A stretch of 64,000 nucleotides of DNA from Legionellales bacterium (GCA_002707205.1 PAMH01000004.1:12776-76775), one strand, 5' to 3'; positions 40,823-52,025 are shown, counted from the stretch's first letter. Made by a program: numbers and translations. The notes: generated by a model from the letters alone, not told the origin.

Positions 40823-41548
40823 ATGAATTGGCCAACTTTAATTGCACATCGCGGAGCAAGCGCAATTGCACCGGAAAATACCTTCGCTGCATTTGAATTA
40901 GTAAATAAGGCTTGTACGACATGGATTGAATGTGATGTTACTTTGTCTAAGGATAACAAAGCAATAATTTTTCATGATAAAACGCTCAAACGTCAATTTG
41001 GGATTAACAAAAAAATTAATCAATTAACCATTGCAGAAATTAGTAGTTTAGATGCAGGTTTATGGTTTGATAAAAAGTTTCAGGATGAGCCAATTCCCAC
41101 GTTGGAGAAGCTTTTAGTCTGGGCTAAAAAAAATAAAATTTCACTTAATTTAGAAATCAAAGCAAATGGGTATAGGTTAAAAAAACTGATTGAAGTTCTA
41201 AAAGAACTGATCATCAAGATAAAGTTTCCATTAAACCAATTGCTCCTATCAAGTTTTGAAATCAAAGCTTTAAAATATGCCAAAATATTATTGCCAGCAA
41301 TAAAGCGTGGATTGTTAATGCATAGATGGCGTAGACGTTGGAAGTTTGTATGTAAAAATTTAGAAGTGAGCTCTGTTCATTGCCATTATAAATTACTCAA
41401 CTTAGAGAGAGTGAAAAAGATTAAACATCAGGGATATCAACTGTATGCGTATACGATTAATCATGAACAATTAGCGGAGCAACTATTTACAAAAGGCGTT
41501 GATGGTGTTTTTTCAGACAGAATTGATTTATTTAAGGCATCTAAGTAA
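40823..41548 (+). CDS. ugpQ: Glycerophosphodiester phosphodiesterase (UgpQ/GlpQ family)
   Basis: IAHRGAS...ENT...ECDV...HD GDPD motifs. The ORF track extends the start to 40763; ATG at 40823 fits the family N-terminus. Confidence 0.75.
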   Translation: MNWPTLIAHRGASAIAPENTFAAFELVNKACTTWIECDVTLSKDNKAIIFHDKTLKRQFGINKKINQLTIAEISSLDAGLWFDKKFQDEPIPTLEKLLVWAKKNKISLNLEIKANGYRLKKLIEVLKELIIKIKFPLNQLLLSSFEIKALKYAKILLPAIKRGLLMHRWRRRWKFVCKNLEVSSVHCHYKLLNLERVKKIKHQGYQLYAYTINHEQLAEQLFTKGVDGVFSDRIDLFKASK

Positions 41549-43018
41549 ATGATTTACGACCTTTTTATTATTGGCGGTGGTATTAATGGTGCGGGCATTG
41601 CGTGTGATGCTGCGGGGCGTGGATTATCCGTTTATTTGTGTGAAAAAGATGATTTTGCGAGTGGTACATCTTCAAAAAGCAGTAAGTTAATACATGGTGG
41701 CTTGCGTTATTTAGAAACATTTGACTTTAAATTAGTGCGTAAAGCTTTAAAGGAAAGAGAGATATTATCCTTTAAAGCGCCTCATTTGATAAAGCCTGTG
41801 CCATTTATTATGCCATTTAATGTTAATATACATGCGCCATGGTTAATACGCTTAGGCATCTGGTTTTATGATCATTTAGCTAAAAAAAGTTTACCATCCT
41901 CCACATCAACATTAAGTAGATTAGAATATAAATCGTTAAAATTGAAATATCAAAAAGGTATTAAATATTATGATTGTTGGGTTGATGATGCGCGATTGGT
42001 TATTTGTAATTTACAGCATGCTCAAAAACTAGGGGCACATATTCAAAACTATCATCAATGTATTTCAATTAAATCTGAACAAAAATATTGGGTTATTTCA
42101 GTTTTGAATGTGCTTACGCATGAAGTGATAGAAATTAAAGCTAAAGCACTGGTAAATGCGACAGGTATTTGGGCTGATCAAACCAATGCCTTAATAAATC
42201 CTAAGCATTTTAGAAAGCGATTATCCTTAGTTCAAGGTAGTCATATTATGGTGCCGAAATGGTATTTAGGACAGCATGCTTATATATTGCAAACAAATGA
42301 TAAACGCGTTGTTTTTGTTATTCCCGATGGTAAAAATGCTATTATTGGAACAACTGATATTGCTTATGAGGGTAGTCTCGAGGATATTCAAATATCAGCG
42401 CTAGAAAAAGAATATCTTATATCTGTTATTAATGTTTATTTTAATATTGCACTTAATAAATCTGATATCATCCATTGCTATAGCGGCGTTAGGCCACTGG
42501 TAAAGGATGGGCATAATAGGCTTTCAAAAATTTCAAGGGAATATGTTATTGAAAAAGAGATTCATCATGAATTAAATCTTGTGAATATTTATGGTGGTAA
42601 ATTAACAACCTATCGACAATTAGCTGAAGATGTTTTAAAACAGTTGCAAACAGTTTTTCCAAACATGAAGCCAGCATGGACAAAAAAAGAAAAATTTCCA
42701 AGTGCAAGTTTCGATACACTTAAACAATACTATTATGATCTGCGAAGACAAAAAAGTTGGCTACCTAAAGATTTATTATTGATGTATACACGAAAATATG
42801 GCACTTTTACATCAGTTTTACTGGGAGAAGCACAGAGCACGGATGATTTAGGTATAGATTTTGGGCACGGGCTCTTTCAAATAGAAATAGACTATTTATT
42901 AAAGTATGAATGGGTGAAAACTATAGATGATATACTGTGGCGTCGCACAAAATTTGGAATTTCAATGAGTGAAGATGACAAAAGTCGATTAAACCAGTAT
43001 ATTAGTGAATATAAATAA
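41549..43018 (+). CDS. glpD: Aerobic glycerol-3-phosphate dehydrogenase (FAD-dependent)
   Basis: 489 aa. FAD fold IIGGGINGAGIA. DAO domain plus C-terminal GlpD-specific domain. Confidence 0.85.
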   Translation: MIYDLFIIGGGINGAGIACDAAGRGLSVYLCEKDDFASGTSSKSSKLIHGGLRYLETFDFKLVRKALKEREILSFKAPHLIKPVPFIMPFNVNIHAPWLIRLGIWFYDHLAKKSLPSSTSTLSRLEYKSLKLKYQKGIKYYDCWVDDARLVICNLQHAQKLGAHIQNYHQCISIKSEQKYWVISVLNVLTHEVIEIKAKALVNATGIWADQTNALINPKHFRKRLSLVQGSHIMVPKWYLGQHAYILQTNDKRVVFVIPDGKNAIIGTTDIAYEGSLEDIQISALEKEYLISVINVYFNIALNKSDIIHCYSGVRPLVKDGHNRLSKISREYVIEKEIHHELNLVNIYGGKLTTYRQLAEDVLKQLQTVFPNMKPAWTKKEKFPSASFDTLKQYYYDLRRQKSWLPKDLLLMYTRKYGTFTSVLLGEAQSTDDLGIDFGHGLFQIEIDYLLKYEWVKTIDDILWRRTKFGISMSEDDKSRLNQYISEYK

Positions 43019-43042
43019 TAGCTAAGATGAGGAATATTTTTT

Positions 43043-43537
43043 ATGATTACACTTAAAACAAATTATGGTGATATTAAGCTTACCTTGCACAAAGATGCGA
43101 CGCCTAATACTGTTGAAAATTTTTTGAGTTATATTAAAGAAGGTTTTTATAGCGATACCTTATTTCACCGTGTTATTCCTGGGTTTATGATTCAAGGTGG
43201 CGGATTTGAATCTGGTTTAGTTTCTAAAAAAACTAATGCTCCGATTGAAAATGAAGCAGCAAAAGGTCATAAAAATATGCGTGGAACAGTTGCTATGGCT
43301 AGAACGAGTGATCCTCATTCAGCAACTTCTCAGTTTTTTATTAATGTTGCAGATAATAATTTTCTAGACTATAAGTCTGATTCAGTACAAGGTTATGGCT
43401 ATTGTGTTTTTGCTGAGGTTGCAGAGGGTATGGAGATCGTGGATAAAATTGCAACGGTAAAAACTACAAGTATGGCTGGTCATCAAGATGTTCCATCACA
43501 TGATGTTATCATTGAGTCAGTTGTATTAAATGACTAA
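43043..43537 (+). CDS. ppiB: Peptidyl-prolyl cis-trans isomerase B (cyclophilin)
   Basis: 164 aa. [13 protein letters not shown] and MAR...SATSQFFIN cyclophilin signature. Confidence 0.9.
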   Translation: MITLKTNYGDIKLTLHKDATPNTVENFLSYIKEGFYSDTLFHRVIPGFMIQGGGFESGLVSKKTNAPIENEAAKGHKNMRGTVAMARTSDPHSATSQFFINVADNNFLDYKSDSVQGYGYCVFAEVAEGMEIVDKIATVKTTSMAGHQDVPSHDVIIESVVLND

Positions 43538-43607
43538 TTTTATGTGTTTAAACTTAACATTAGTTTAAGCGTAATATTTTATTTGTGACATTTAGAGAGG
43601 AAAACCT

Positions 43608-44225
43608 ATGGCACGAAAAAAAATAGAAAAAGATGAATTACTTGATCGAACAGAATATTTATTTAGAACAAGAGGCTATGCAAATACCTCTATTGCAGAT
43701 ATTGCGCAAGCCTGCGGTCTAAGTAAAGCGAGTATATATCATCATATTGCCAGTAAAGAAGAATTAGCCATTAAAGTAATTCAGAGATTGCATGAACAAA
43801 TGCAATTAGTTATTTTTGATATTGCTTATGACTCACAGTTATCAGCAACAGAGCGAGCGCATGCATTTGTTGATGCGATACATATGTTTTATCAAGAACG
43901 CGTTGGTGGTTGTTTAATTGCAAGTTTTATTGCTGAAACTTCTGAAACACATGCACAAATTCATTCCTATTGTAAAAAAGTATTTGAGGCATGGCTTACT
44001 GCAATTGTGGATCTATTATCAAATAAATATTCTGATGCTCAGGCGAAATTAATTGCAGAAGATATATTAGCGCATGTGCAAGGCGCTGTTTTATTAATGC
44101 AGCTTAATAAAAACTCTGCATTACTTGCACGTACAATGCAATCAATAAAAAAACAACTTTGTAATGAGAGAGTTGAAAATTTATCAGAGCCAAAAGATAC
44201 GCAATATATTGATGAAACAGTATAA
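43608..44225 (+). CDS. TetR/AcrR family transcriptional regulator
   Basis: 205 aa. N-terminal HTH (TSIADIAQACGLSKASIYHHIASKEEL). Confidence 0.75.
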   Translation: MARKKIEKDELLDRTEYLFRTRGYANTSIADIAQACGLSKASIYHHIASKEELAIKVIQRLHEQMQLVIFDIAYDSQLSATERAHAFVDAIHMFYQERVGGCLIASFIAETSETHAQIHSYCKKVFEAWLTAIVDLLSNKYSDAQAKLIAEDILAHVQGAVLLMQLNKNSALLARTMQSIKKQLCNERVENLSEPKDTQYIDETV

Positions 44226-44356
44226 ATATCATGTGATTTAATATGAATGGGTATTTTTAATAAATTATAATGTGCTTATTGTCAGTTTTAATAATGTCAC
44301 GTCTCGTCACTTAGTCGTGGAGTTATCAGTGAGTTTTGATTATACGAGGCAAATAA

Positions 44357-45619
44357 ATGAATAATAAAAATAAGAATAAAGATGATAATTGGAAAGTTTT
44401 TTTCGCATTATTTTTTGTGATTTTCGTTGATGTTATTGGATTATGCATTGTTTTTCCAATTATCGCGCCTTTGGTTTATGATGTGCACTCAAGTCTATTA
44501 CCTGCAGGTTTATCTTTAACTGCTAAAAACTGGATTTACGCGCTTTTATTAGCTTTGTGGCCATTGTGTTTATTTTTTAGCGCACCAATTCTTGGTGATC
44601 TATCAGATAAATTTGGACGTAAAAAAGTCTTATTAAGTTGTTTGTTTGGTGAGGCAATTGCTTATAGCATTGGTGCAGCAGCAATCAGTATGCAAAGCTT
44701 AAGTCTTATGGTGATCTCAAGAATTATTGCGGGTATTTTTGCTGGAAGTCAACCTATTGCGCAAGCAGCAATTGCGGATATCAGTACCGTTGAAAATAAA
44801 ACGCGTAATATGAGTAAAATTGTATTAGCAACAACCTTAGGCGTGGTATTAGGCCCCTTAATTGGTGGTTTCACGGCAAACTCTCATTTATTTTCATTTT
44901 TTTCTTATGCAACGCCATTTCAAGTTGCGACGGTAATTGCATTATTAAATGCGATCTTACTGCTAGTAACTTTTAAAGAAACGCATATTGTGCAGCATAA
45001 ATTGAAAGTTAAATGGATGAAATCTATTCGCTTATTTACCGATGCATTTAAAAGTGAAAAAATTCGAGTTATTTCTTTTATTTTCTTTTTGATTATGATC
45101 TCGTGGTCGATATATTTTCAAGGCTTAGCATTCTTTTTAATAAAAGAATATGCATTTAATACCAGTAAAATCGGATTTTTCTATGGTCTGATTGGCATTG
45201 CTTCAGCAATGACTTTAACGTTTGGTATGAATTTGTTGGCAAAAAAAATAAAACAAGAACCTATTCTTTTTCTTCTTGGGTTAATTGCAATGATTATATG
45301 TGGAATTTTATCATCATTTTCAACGGCAATTTATTTGCAATGTATTGCTGCAGTATTGGGCGCATTTGGTGTTGCAATTACTTACACGCTTAGTTTATCT
45401 TTTTATTCTAATTCAGTGGGTGAGGGTAAACAAGGTTGGATTATGGGGATATCTGGTTCATTATCTGGTGCAGGTTGGGCGATAACGGCACTTGCCATCG
45501 GTCCAATGAGTGGTATTCGTGATAATCTATCTTTTGTAACCATGCTAATTTCGGCAGTTGCTTGTACTATTATTTTGTTATTTTCAATGAAAAAAATTCA
45601 ACGCAAAATTGATTCATGA
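44357..45619 (+). CDS. MFS transporter, DHA1 drug:H+ antiporter (TetA-like)
   Basis: 420 aa, 12 TM helices. Motif A GDLSDKFGRKKVLL. Directly downstream of the TetR regulator. Confidence 0.8.
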   Translation: MNNKNKNKDDNWKVFFALFFVIFVDVIGLCIVFPIIAPLVYDVHSSLLPAGLSLTAKNWIYALLLALWPLCLFFSAPILGDLSDKFGRKKVLLSCLFGEAIAYSIGAAAISMQSLSLMVISRIIAGIFAGSQPIAQAAIADISTVENKTRNMSKIVLATTLGVVLGPLIGGFTANSHLFSFFSYATPFQVATVIALLNAILLLVTFKETHIVQHKLKVKWMKSIRLFTDAFKSEKIRVISFIFFLIMISWSIYFQGLAFFLIKEYAFNTSKIGFFYGLIGIASAMTLTFGMNLLAKKIKQEPILFLLGLIAMIICGILSSFSTAIYLQCIAAVLGAFGVAITYTLSLSFYSNSVGEGKQGWIMGISGSLSGAGWAITALAIGPMSGIRDNLSFVTMLISAVACTIILLFSMKKIQRKIDS

Positions 45620-46806
45620 AGCCATTAATTAAAACGGACGTTATTATTGTTGGCGCAGGTGCTGCTGGATTAATGTGCGCTATTGAGTCGGGGAAACGTC
45701 ATCGTAAAGTCATTGTTATTGATCATGCGAATAAAGCAGGTAAGAAAATTCTTATGTCTGGAGGTGGGCGTTGTAACTTTACTAATTATTATATTGATTA
45801 TTCAAAATATTTATCGAGTAATCCTCATTTCTTTAAATCTGCTTTGAGTCGATACACACAATGGGATTTTATCGATTTAGTAAAAAGTCATCATATTCCA
45901 TTCCATGAAAAAAGCGATGGTCAATTATTTTGTGATAACAAAGCGAAAGAATTACTAGGCATGTTATTAAGCTGTTGTGATAATCAGTATACTGAAATTA
46001 AACTAGATACGGTGATTGAATCAATACAACATGTTGGGGAGCATCAATATTTTATTACAACTCAGCATGCTACTATTCAATGTGAGTCTTTAGTTATTGC
46101 AACAGGTGGATTATCAATTCCAACGATGGGAGCAAGTCCTTTTGGCTATCAAATTGCACAGCAATTTAATCTTAAAGTTTTACCAACACGCGCTGGTTTG
46201 GTGCCTTTTACGTTATATCCGGATGATAAATTAAAATATACTGAATTAACAGGCGTTTCAGTAGAGAGTGAAGTATCTCATAAGAATATAACATTTCATG
46301 AAAATATATTGTTTACTCATCGTGGATTAAGTGGACCAGCAATTTTACAAATCTCATCTTATTGGCAAGGTGGCGATGCTGTTGATATTAATTTATTACC
46401 TAATCATGATTTACTTTTTGAATTGCATGAAGCCTCTAGACATAATCCAGATCAACAAGTTAAAACTGTACTCTCCAAATTGTTACCAAAACGTTTAGTG
46501 ATGACTTATCTCTCAGAAGCATTATTACACCGAGCGCTGAAGTCATTAACGCCAAGCGAAATAACAACCATTGTAAAGCAATTTCAGGCTTGGCAAATTA
46601 AACCTAGTGGTACTGAAGGTTATCGTACAGCTGAAGTAACTTTGGGTGGTGTTGATTGCTGTGAAATATCTTCTAAAACAATGGAAGTGAGAGATAGACC
46701 TGGTTTATATTTTATTGGTGAAGTTTTAGATGTTACTGGCTGGTTGGGCGGTTATAATTTTCAATGGGCATGGTCATCAGGCTGGGTTGCTGGACAAGAA
46801 GTTTAA
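45616..46806 (+). CDS. HI0933-like / BaiN-family NAD(P)/FAD-dependent flavoprotein (aminoacetone-oxidase-family)
   Basis: 396 aa. VIIVGAGAAGLMCA Rossmann motif and SGGGRCNFTN motif. Overlaps the MFS stop by 4 nt. Confidence 0.75.
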   Translation: MKPLIKTDVIIVGAGAAGLMCAIESGKRHRKVIVIDHANKAGKKILMSGGGRCNFTNYYIDYSKYLSSNPHFFKSALSRYTQWDFIDLVKSHHIPFHEKSDGQLFCDNKAKELLGMLLSCCDNQYTEIKLDTVIESIQHVGEHQYFITTQHATIQCESLVIATGGLSIPTMGASPFGYQIAQQFNLKVLPTRAGLVPFTLYPDDKLKYTELTGVSVESEVSHKNITFHENILFTHRGLSGPAILQISSYWQGGDAVDINLLPNHDLLFELHEASRHNPDQQVKTVLSKLLPKRLVMTYLSEALLHRALKSLTPSEITTIVKQFQAWQIKPSGTEGYRTAEVTLGGVDCCEISSKTMEVRDRPGLYFIGEVLDVTGWLGGYNFQWAWSSGWVAGQEV

Positions 46807-47339
46807 ATGCTTGAAATATCGAACTGTTCAAGTTGTGTGTGTGGTTGGCTATGATAAAATTGATGTAGTGCAGTTTTGAAGATTTTTGCCCGTGGCGGTA
46901 GTCCTGTTTCAATATATTCTTTAACTTGCTTAAAAACCGCTAATTTAAATGGTAGATTATCATGAGCGATACCATTTAAATTATCAAGACTCACCCGAAA
47001 ATTAAAATTAGCTGCCACTGATAATATCCATTCAATTGCCTGCGGTTTAATCTCAACTTTTTCAAATAAGCTTTGTTGCTCAGTTGTTCTTCCATCAGGA
47101 TTATACCAGTATCCAAAATCAATGAGTTGACGGCGTTTTTCACCGGCAATAAACCAATGCGCACATTCGTGTAAAGCACTACTAAAAAAACCATTTGCAA
47201 AATAAATGGCATTGTAGGGCAATGTTTCATTTGCGGGTAGGTAAATAGGTTCATTTCCACCTTTCACAAGACGGGTATTATAGGGTTTTGCAAAACAAGT
47301 ATTAAAAAGGTCAATAAGTTCTTGATAATGATGTTGCAT
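46803..47339 (-). CDS. epmC: Elongation factor P hydroxylase EpmC (YfcM)
   Basis: MQHHYQELIDLFNTCFAKPYNTRLVKGGNEPIYLPA...HECAHW...DFGYWYNPDGR aligns closely with E. coli YfcM. The ORF track extends the start to 47411; the homology-supported Met is at 47339. Confidence 0.75.
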   Translation of the reverse strand: MQHHYQELIDLFNTCFAKPYNTRLVKGGNEPIYLPANETLPYNAIYFANGFFSSALHECAHWFIAGEKRRQLIDFGYWYNPDGRTTEQQSLFEKVEIKPQAIEWILSVAANFNFRVSLDNLNGIAHDNLPFKLAVFKQVKEYIETGLPPRAKIFKTALHQFYHSQPHTQLEQFDISSI

Positions 47340-47343
47340 ATTT

Positions 47344-47736
47344 TCAATCAATTTGTTTACCATCAACATAGAACCATCGTTGATTGATTTTATGAAACTC
47401 ACTGATTTCACTCATACGATGTTGCTGAGCATATATGTCAGAATATTGAGCAGTAAATTGCACAAAGCCAATAGTTTGTGATGATTGATTGCATTTGTGC
47501 ACGATTAATCCATTCCATGTCGCACTTTTAGCAAAATGTAATGTGTCATTAGTATCAAAGTTTTCAGCTGCTTTACCACACATTGTATTTGCAATATAGT
47601 CAACATTAGCCATTGTAAATGCGGTATAACGTGAGCGCATTAATGCCTCAGGTGTTGGTGCATGTTGTCCTTGATTTAAATAGCGATCACAGCATTGCGT
47701 AAAAAGTTTGTTTGAACCACAGGGACAAGTTATCAT
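47344..47736 (-). CDS. ychJ: YchJ family (UPF0225) SEC-C motif protein
   Basis: 130 aa. N-terminal CPCGS...CC SEC-C metal-binding motif. LMRSRYTAF as in E. coli YchJ. Confidence 0.7.
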   Translation of the reverse strand: MITCPCGSNKLFTQCCDRYLNQGQHAPTPEALMRSRYTAFTMANVDYIANTMCGKAAENFDTNDTLHFAKSATWNGLIVHKCNQSSQTIGFVQFTAQYSDIYAQQHRMSEISEFHKINQRWFYVDGKQID

Positions 47737-47792
47737 TGTTTTAACTTTTCGTTTAAAACATAATTATCCGTCAAATAACACAAGGTGTAAAC

Positions 47793-48119
47793 ATGCCACA
47801 AGTAGAAATTCGTTATAGTTCAGACTTAAGTGATATTCATTTAGCTGAATTATTTAATAAAATAGAGCAAGAAATTAATTTAATTGATGATTCTGCAGGA
47901 TTATGTAAAAGTCGCGCTTATATGTCAGATCAATTTAGGCATAGTCATATTTTTGTTGAGATATTGGTAATGAACAAACCTCATAGAGATCAAGCATTTA
48001 TGGAAAAATTACAGCAAAAATTATCTCAATTAATTATCCCATTTGTTCCTAAAAATTGTCATTATTCTATTAAGTTAGATTTTTTGGGACAATATTACCT
48101 TACTGGTTTAAAGCTATGA
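47793..48119 (+). CDS. 5-carboxymethyl-2-hydroxymuconate isomerase-like (tautomerase superfamily) protein
   Basis: 108 aa. MPQVEIRYSSDL N-terminus resembles the CHMI family MPHxxxEYSxNL. Low-complexity otherwise. Confidence 0.45.
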   Translation: MPQVEIRYSSDLSDIHLAELFNKIEQEINLIDDSAGLCKSRAYMSDQFRHSHIFVEILVMNKPHRDQAFMEKLQQKLSQLIIPFVPKNCHYSIKLDFLGQYYLTGLKL

Positions 48120-48187
48120 TTGTAAAAACCTTAAAAAAGGTGGTTCAATCATATTAAGAGAAATTAGCAAAATATTAAGGGTGTAAT

Positions 48188-49249
48188 GTGGCAAAAACAA
48201 TATTTATATTAGCTGGAGGAACAGGCGGGCATGTATATCCAGCTCTTGCGGTTGCGATGCAATTACGTGCACAAGGGTTTGAGCCTGTTTGGCTTGGCAC
48301 AACGCAAGGTTTGGAAGCAAAAGTTGTTCCAAATGAAGGGATTAAATTTGAGGCAATTAATATTTCAGGTTTACGTGGTAAAAAATTTGCAAAAATATTT
48401 AATTTACCTTTACAGCTTTTTAGTGCGATTAGGCAGTCCATGAAACTTATTAAGCAACATAAGCCGGTACTTGTGATTGGTTTTGGTGGATATGTAGCAG
48501 GCCCTGGGTGTATAGCAGCGGTTTTGAAAAAAATACCATTGGTATTGCATGAACAAAATACACGTCCGGGTATGACTAATAAGTATATGGCAAAATTTGC
48601 AAAAAAAGTTTGTGCATCCTTTCCTAACAGTTTTCCTGGCAAAAATGTGATTATCACGGGTAATCCAGTGCGCGAAGATATTTTAGCTATTAATAAGGTA
48701 AAGGCAGCTGAACAGGATAAACCGCTCAAAATTTTAGTATTGGGCGGGAGTCAAGGAGCACAAGCGATTAATGCGATAATGCCTGAAGTTATTGCTAAAT
48801 TACCTGAACCAGTGAAAGTTTGGCATCAAGCAGGACTTAAAAATTTTAAACAGACAAGCAAATTGTATCAGGATTTAAATATTACAGTGAGAGTAGTGCC
48901 TTTTATTAAGACAATGTCCAAAGCTTATGAATGGGCTGATTTGGTGATTGCGCGTGCAGGGGCGACTACTGTAGCAGAGCTCGCTATAGCGAGATGCCCT
49001 AGTATTCTGATTCCATATCCACATGCAACTGATGATCATCAAACAACAAATGCAAAATATCTCGCAAATCAGCATGGGGCTGTTATAATGCCACAGGTAA
49101 CACTTCAAGTTAGCGATTTAACTGAAAAAATTTCGAGTTTTTTGAAAAATCGTACATACTTAAGTGAAATGACTGAAAATTTAACATCATTAGGAATGCG
49201 TAATGCGACAAGGGATATTGTCAAAATTTGCTTGGAAAATGCCAAGTAA
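48188..49249 (+). CDS. murG: UDP-N-acetylglucosamine--N-acetylmuramyl-(pentapeptide) pyrophosphoryl-undecaprenol GlcNAc transferase
   Basis: 353 aa. [15 protein letters not shown]-terminal motif. GT28. Confidence 0.9.
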   Translation: MAKTIFILAGGTGGHVYPALAVAMQLRAQGFEPVWLGTTQGLEAKVVPNEGIKFEAINISGLRGKKFAKIFNLPLQLFSAIRQSMKLIKQHKPVLVIGFGGYVAGPGCIAAVLKKIPLVLHEQNTRPGMTNKYMAKFAKKVCASFPNSFPGKNVIITGNPVREDILAINKVKAAEQDKPLKILVLGGSQGAQAINAIMPEVIAKLPEPVKVWHQAGLKNFKQTSKLYQDLNITVRVVPFIKTMSKAYEWADLVIARAGATTVAELAIARCPSILIPYPHATDDHQTTNAKYLANQHGAVIMPQVTLQVSDLTEKISSFLKNRTYLSEMTENLTSLGMRNATRDIVKICLENAK

Positions 49250-49283
49250 GCGAGAAAATTTAATTCTTATAAGAAATTTAAGT

Positions 49284-50693
49284 ATGGAACGAATTAATCA
49301 TATACATCTAATTGGTATTGGTGGCTCGGGCATGGCGGGTATTGCCGAGGTGCTATTAAACCAAGGCTTTAAGGTTTCTGGGTCGGATATTAATATTAGT
49401 GCTAATATTGAAAGATTACAAACTTTAGGCGCAACTATTACTTTATCTCACCACGCACAAAATATTGAAAATGCAGATGCGGTAGTTATTTCTACGGCAA
49501 TTGATGCGAAAAATCCTGAGTTAATTGCTGCAAAGGCAGCAAGAATTCCTGTCGTGCCACGCGCAGAAATGTTAGCTGAATTAATGCGATTTAGGCACGG
49601 TATTGCAATTGCTGGAACACATGGTAAGACAACAACAACAAGTCTTGTTGCATCTATTCTTGCCGAAGGCGGTTTAGATCCCACTTTTGTTATTGGTGGG
49701 AAGCTAAATAGTGCTGGCACAAATGCAAGAATGGGTGCAAGTCGCTATTTTGTTGCTGAAGCTGATGAAAGTGATGCTTCATTTTTATATTTAAAACCGA
49801 TGATGTCAGTGGTGACAAATATTGATGCTGATCATATGAGTACCTATGACGGTGATTTTGAAAAATTAAAACACACTTTCATTCGTTTTTTACATCATTT
49901 GCCTTTTTATGGTTTAGCGGTTTTATGTGTTGATGACCCTGTCATTTGTGAAATTCTGCCTGAAATTTCACGTCCGATGCTTACTTATGGTTTTAGTGAA
50001 AAAGCAAGCGTATATGCTAGAAATATTGTATCACAGGGGCTTAAAACACAGTTTGAAGTTATCCGAGAGGGGCAACAAAAACCATTAATGGTTACTCTAA
50101 ATTTGCCGGGACGACATAATGTATTAAACGCCTTAGCAGCTATAGCCATTGCAACAGAAGTGGGTGTTGCGGATGATGCCATACAAAAAGCGCTAAATGC
50201 ATTTGAAGGGGTTGGGCGTCGTTTTCAAATCCATGGTGAATATCAATTACCGGTGGGTGCTGTCACCTTAGTTGATGATTATGGACATCATCCTAGAGAG
50301 GTTGCAGCAACCATTGAAGCCGCGCGACAAGCTTGGCCTGACAGACGTTTAGTTATGGTCTATCAACCACATCGATACACGCGCACGCGAGATTTATTTG
50401 AAGATTTTACGCAAGTTCTTTCTGAAGTTGATATGTTATTAATGTTAGATGTTTATGCTGCTGGGGAAGCTGCAATTAAAGGTGCCGATAGTCGTAATTT
50501 GTGTGGTAGCATACGTCAACGAGGCAAAGTGGATCCGATCTTTATTGGTAAATCAGAAAATCTTATGGATAGTTTAGCAAGTGTGCTTCAAGCAAATGAT
50601 GTTTTATTATTACAAGGAGCAGGTAACATTGGTAGCGAAGCTGGAAAATTAGCACAATCTCAATTATCACCTGAGAAATATAAGGCGTTGTAA
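49284..50693 (+). CDS. murC: UDP-N-acetylmuramate--L-alanine ligase
   Basis: Start [19 protein letters not shown]. Mur ligase P-loop [10 protein letters not shown]. The ORF-track start at 49203 overlaps murG and is probably an artefact. Confidence 0.9.
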   Translation: MERINHIHLIGIGGSGMAGIAEVLLNQGFKVSGSDINISANIERLQTLGATITLSHHAQNIENADAVVISTAIDAKNPELIAAKAARIPVVPRAEMLAELMRFRHGIAIAGTHGKTTTTSLVASILAEGGLDPTFVIGGKLNSAGTNARMGASRYFVAEADESDASFLYLKPMMSVVTNIDADHMSTYDGDFEKLKHTFIRFLHHLPFYGLAVLCVDDPVICEILPEISRPMLTYGFSEKASVYARNIVSQGLKTQFEVIREGQQKPLMVTLNLPGRHNVLNALAAIAIATEVGVADDAIQKALNAFEGVGRRFQIHGEYQLPVGAVTLVDDYGHHPREVAATIEAARQAWPDRRLVMVYQPHRYTRTRDLFEDFTQVLSEVDMLLMLDVYAAGEAAIKGADSRNLCGSIRQRGKVDPIFIGKSENLMDSLASVLQANDVLLLQGAGNIGSEAGKLAQSQLSPEKYKAL

Positions 50694-50696
50694 ATC

Positions 50697-51593
50697 ATGA
50701 ATGATAGACTCGCACAAACAGCAATCTTTGAAGGCCAACTATTTAAAAATATTTCGCTCGCTGATTATACCTCTTGGCGTGTTGGCGGAAACGTCAAACA
50801 ACTTTATTTACCTAAAAATTTAGATGATTTAATATTATTTTTACAATCTTTGTCTAGCGATGAAAAAATTATATTTTTAGGGTTAGGCAGTAATGTTTTA
50901 GTGCGCGATACAGGCTTGGATGCAACGGTTATCGTAACGCAAGGTTGTTTGACTGACTTAAAATTGATTGGGGAGAATAGCGTTTATGCTCAAGCTGGTA
51001 TTTCTTGTGCTCAAGCTGCGCGTTTTAGCGCACGTCAAAGCTTAACCGGCATTGAATTTTTAGCGGGTGTTCCTGGTACAATTGGTGGCGCTTTAGCAAT
51101 GAATGCTGGTTGTTTTGGTGGTGAAACATGGAATCATGTACAATCGGTCATTACGATTAACAGACAAGGCCAGTTAAAAGAAAGAAAGCCTAACGATTTT
51201 ATTATTGCTTATCGTGAAGTGCAACAGGTAGAAGATGAATGGTTTATTGCGGGCATTTTTAGTTTAAGTGCTGGAGATAAAAAACAATCTTTGATGATGA
51301 TTCGTGAGTTACTGGATAAACGTAGTTGTAGTCAGCCAACGAATGAGCCTAGTTGTGGATCTGTATTTAGAAATCCACCCGGAAATTATTCTGCGCAACT
51401 GATTGAAGGCTGTGGCTTAAAAGGTTTTGCCATTGGTGGTGCTGAGGTATCAAGAAAACATGCAAACTTTATTGTGAATAAAGGCAATGCCACGGCAGCT
51501 GATATTGAGCAATTGATTGCTTATGTACAGAAGCAAGTTAAAGATAAACACAATATCTCATTGATACAAGAAGTGCATATATTGGGGCAATAA
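50697..51593 (+). CDS. murB: UDP-N-acetylenolpyruvoylglucosamine reductase
   Basis: 298 aa. FAD-binding PCMH domain. Position after murC. Confidence 0.85.
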   Translation: MNDRLAQTAIFEGQLFKNISLADYTSWRVGGNVKQLYLPKNLDDLILFLQSLSSDEKIIFLGLGSNVLVRDTGLDATVIVTQGCLTDLKLIGENSVYAQAGISCAQAARFSARQSLTGIEFLAGVPGTIGGALAMNAGCFGGETWNHVQSVITINRQGQLKERKPNDFIIAYREVQQVEDEWFIAGIFSLSAGDKKQSLMMIRELLDKRSCSQPTNEPSCGSVFRNPPGNYSAQLIEGCGLKGFAIGGAEVSRKHANFIVNKGNATAADIEQLIAYVQKQVKDKHNISLIQEVHILGQ

Positions 51594-51626
51594 TTCTTAT
51601 GTTATGTAATGTAAATTGTAAATATA

Positions 51627-51700
51627 AAGGCTTGAAGATTGTATGTGTAGTTATTATACACAGCGGCTTCAAGGTGTAATTTTTAAATTTATCTTTGTAT
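51627..51700 (+). terminator. Candidate terminator hairpin after murB
   Basis: ggcttgaag attgta tgtgta gttatta tacaca gcgg cttcaagg followed by taattttt: nested imperfect stem plus U-tract. Confidence 0.4.
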
Positions 51701-52025
51701 GTTTAAAGCTTGCCTATCGCACACAATAACTGATTATTTGTTACATCAGAAGGTCTAGTGATAAGAGATAACTTATTAAGATTTTATTCTCAGAAATTGT
51801 ATGAACACTTCTTAAGTGAGTCGTTATCTCTCGTTAAAGGTTTGTGGACATCCAAGTCCCTAAAATCGACTCAATAAAGCAACCGGCACTGTTGCCTTGC
51901 GGCCTTCCTCGTCACCAGCGCTTAATTGCGTCCGCATTCTGCGGTCACTTTAGCTGATGCCGTCTCTCAAGTGATTGACGGTGACATAAAGGTTTTTAAA
52001 CTCGCTTTGTTCCTTAAAAAATTCA

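Noticed and set aside
40738-40959. 73-aa minus-strand ORF at the dsbG/ugpQ junction
   Set aside because: Overlaps the ugpQ N-terminus antisense, with no homology or RBS.
44226-44356. Possible TetR operator palindrome between the tetR-like gene and the MFS pump
   Set aside because: Only weak 4-5 bp symmetric elements (cacg...cgtg). Not convincing by eye.
49203-49283. Extended murC start overlapping murG by 47 nt
   Set aside because: The MurC family N-terminus begins at [16 protein letters not shown] (ATG 49284). The upstream extension is just read-through of the murG 3' end in another frame.
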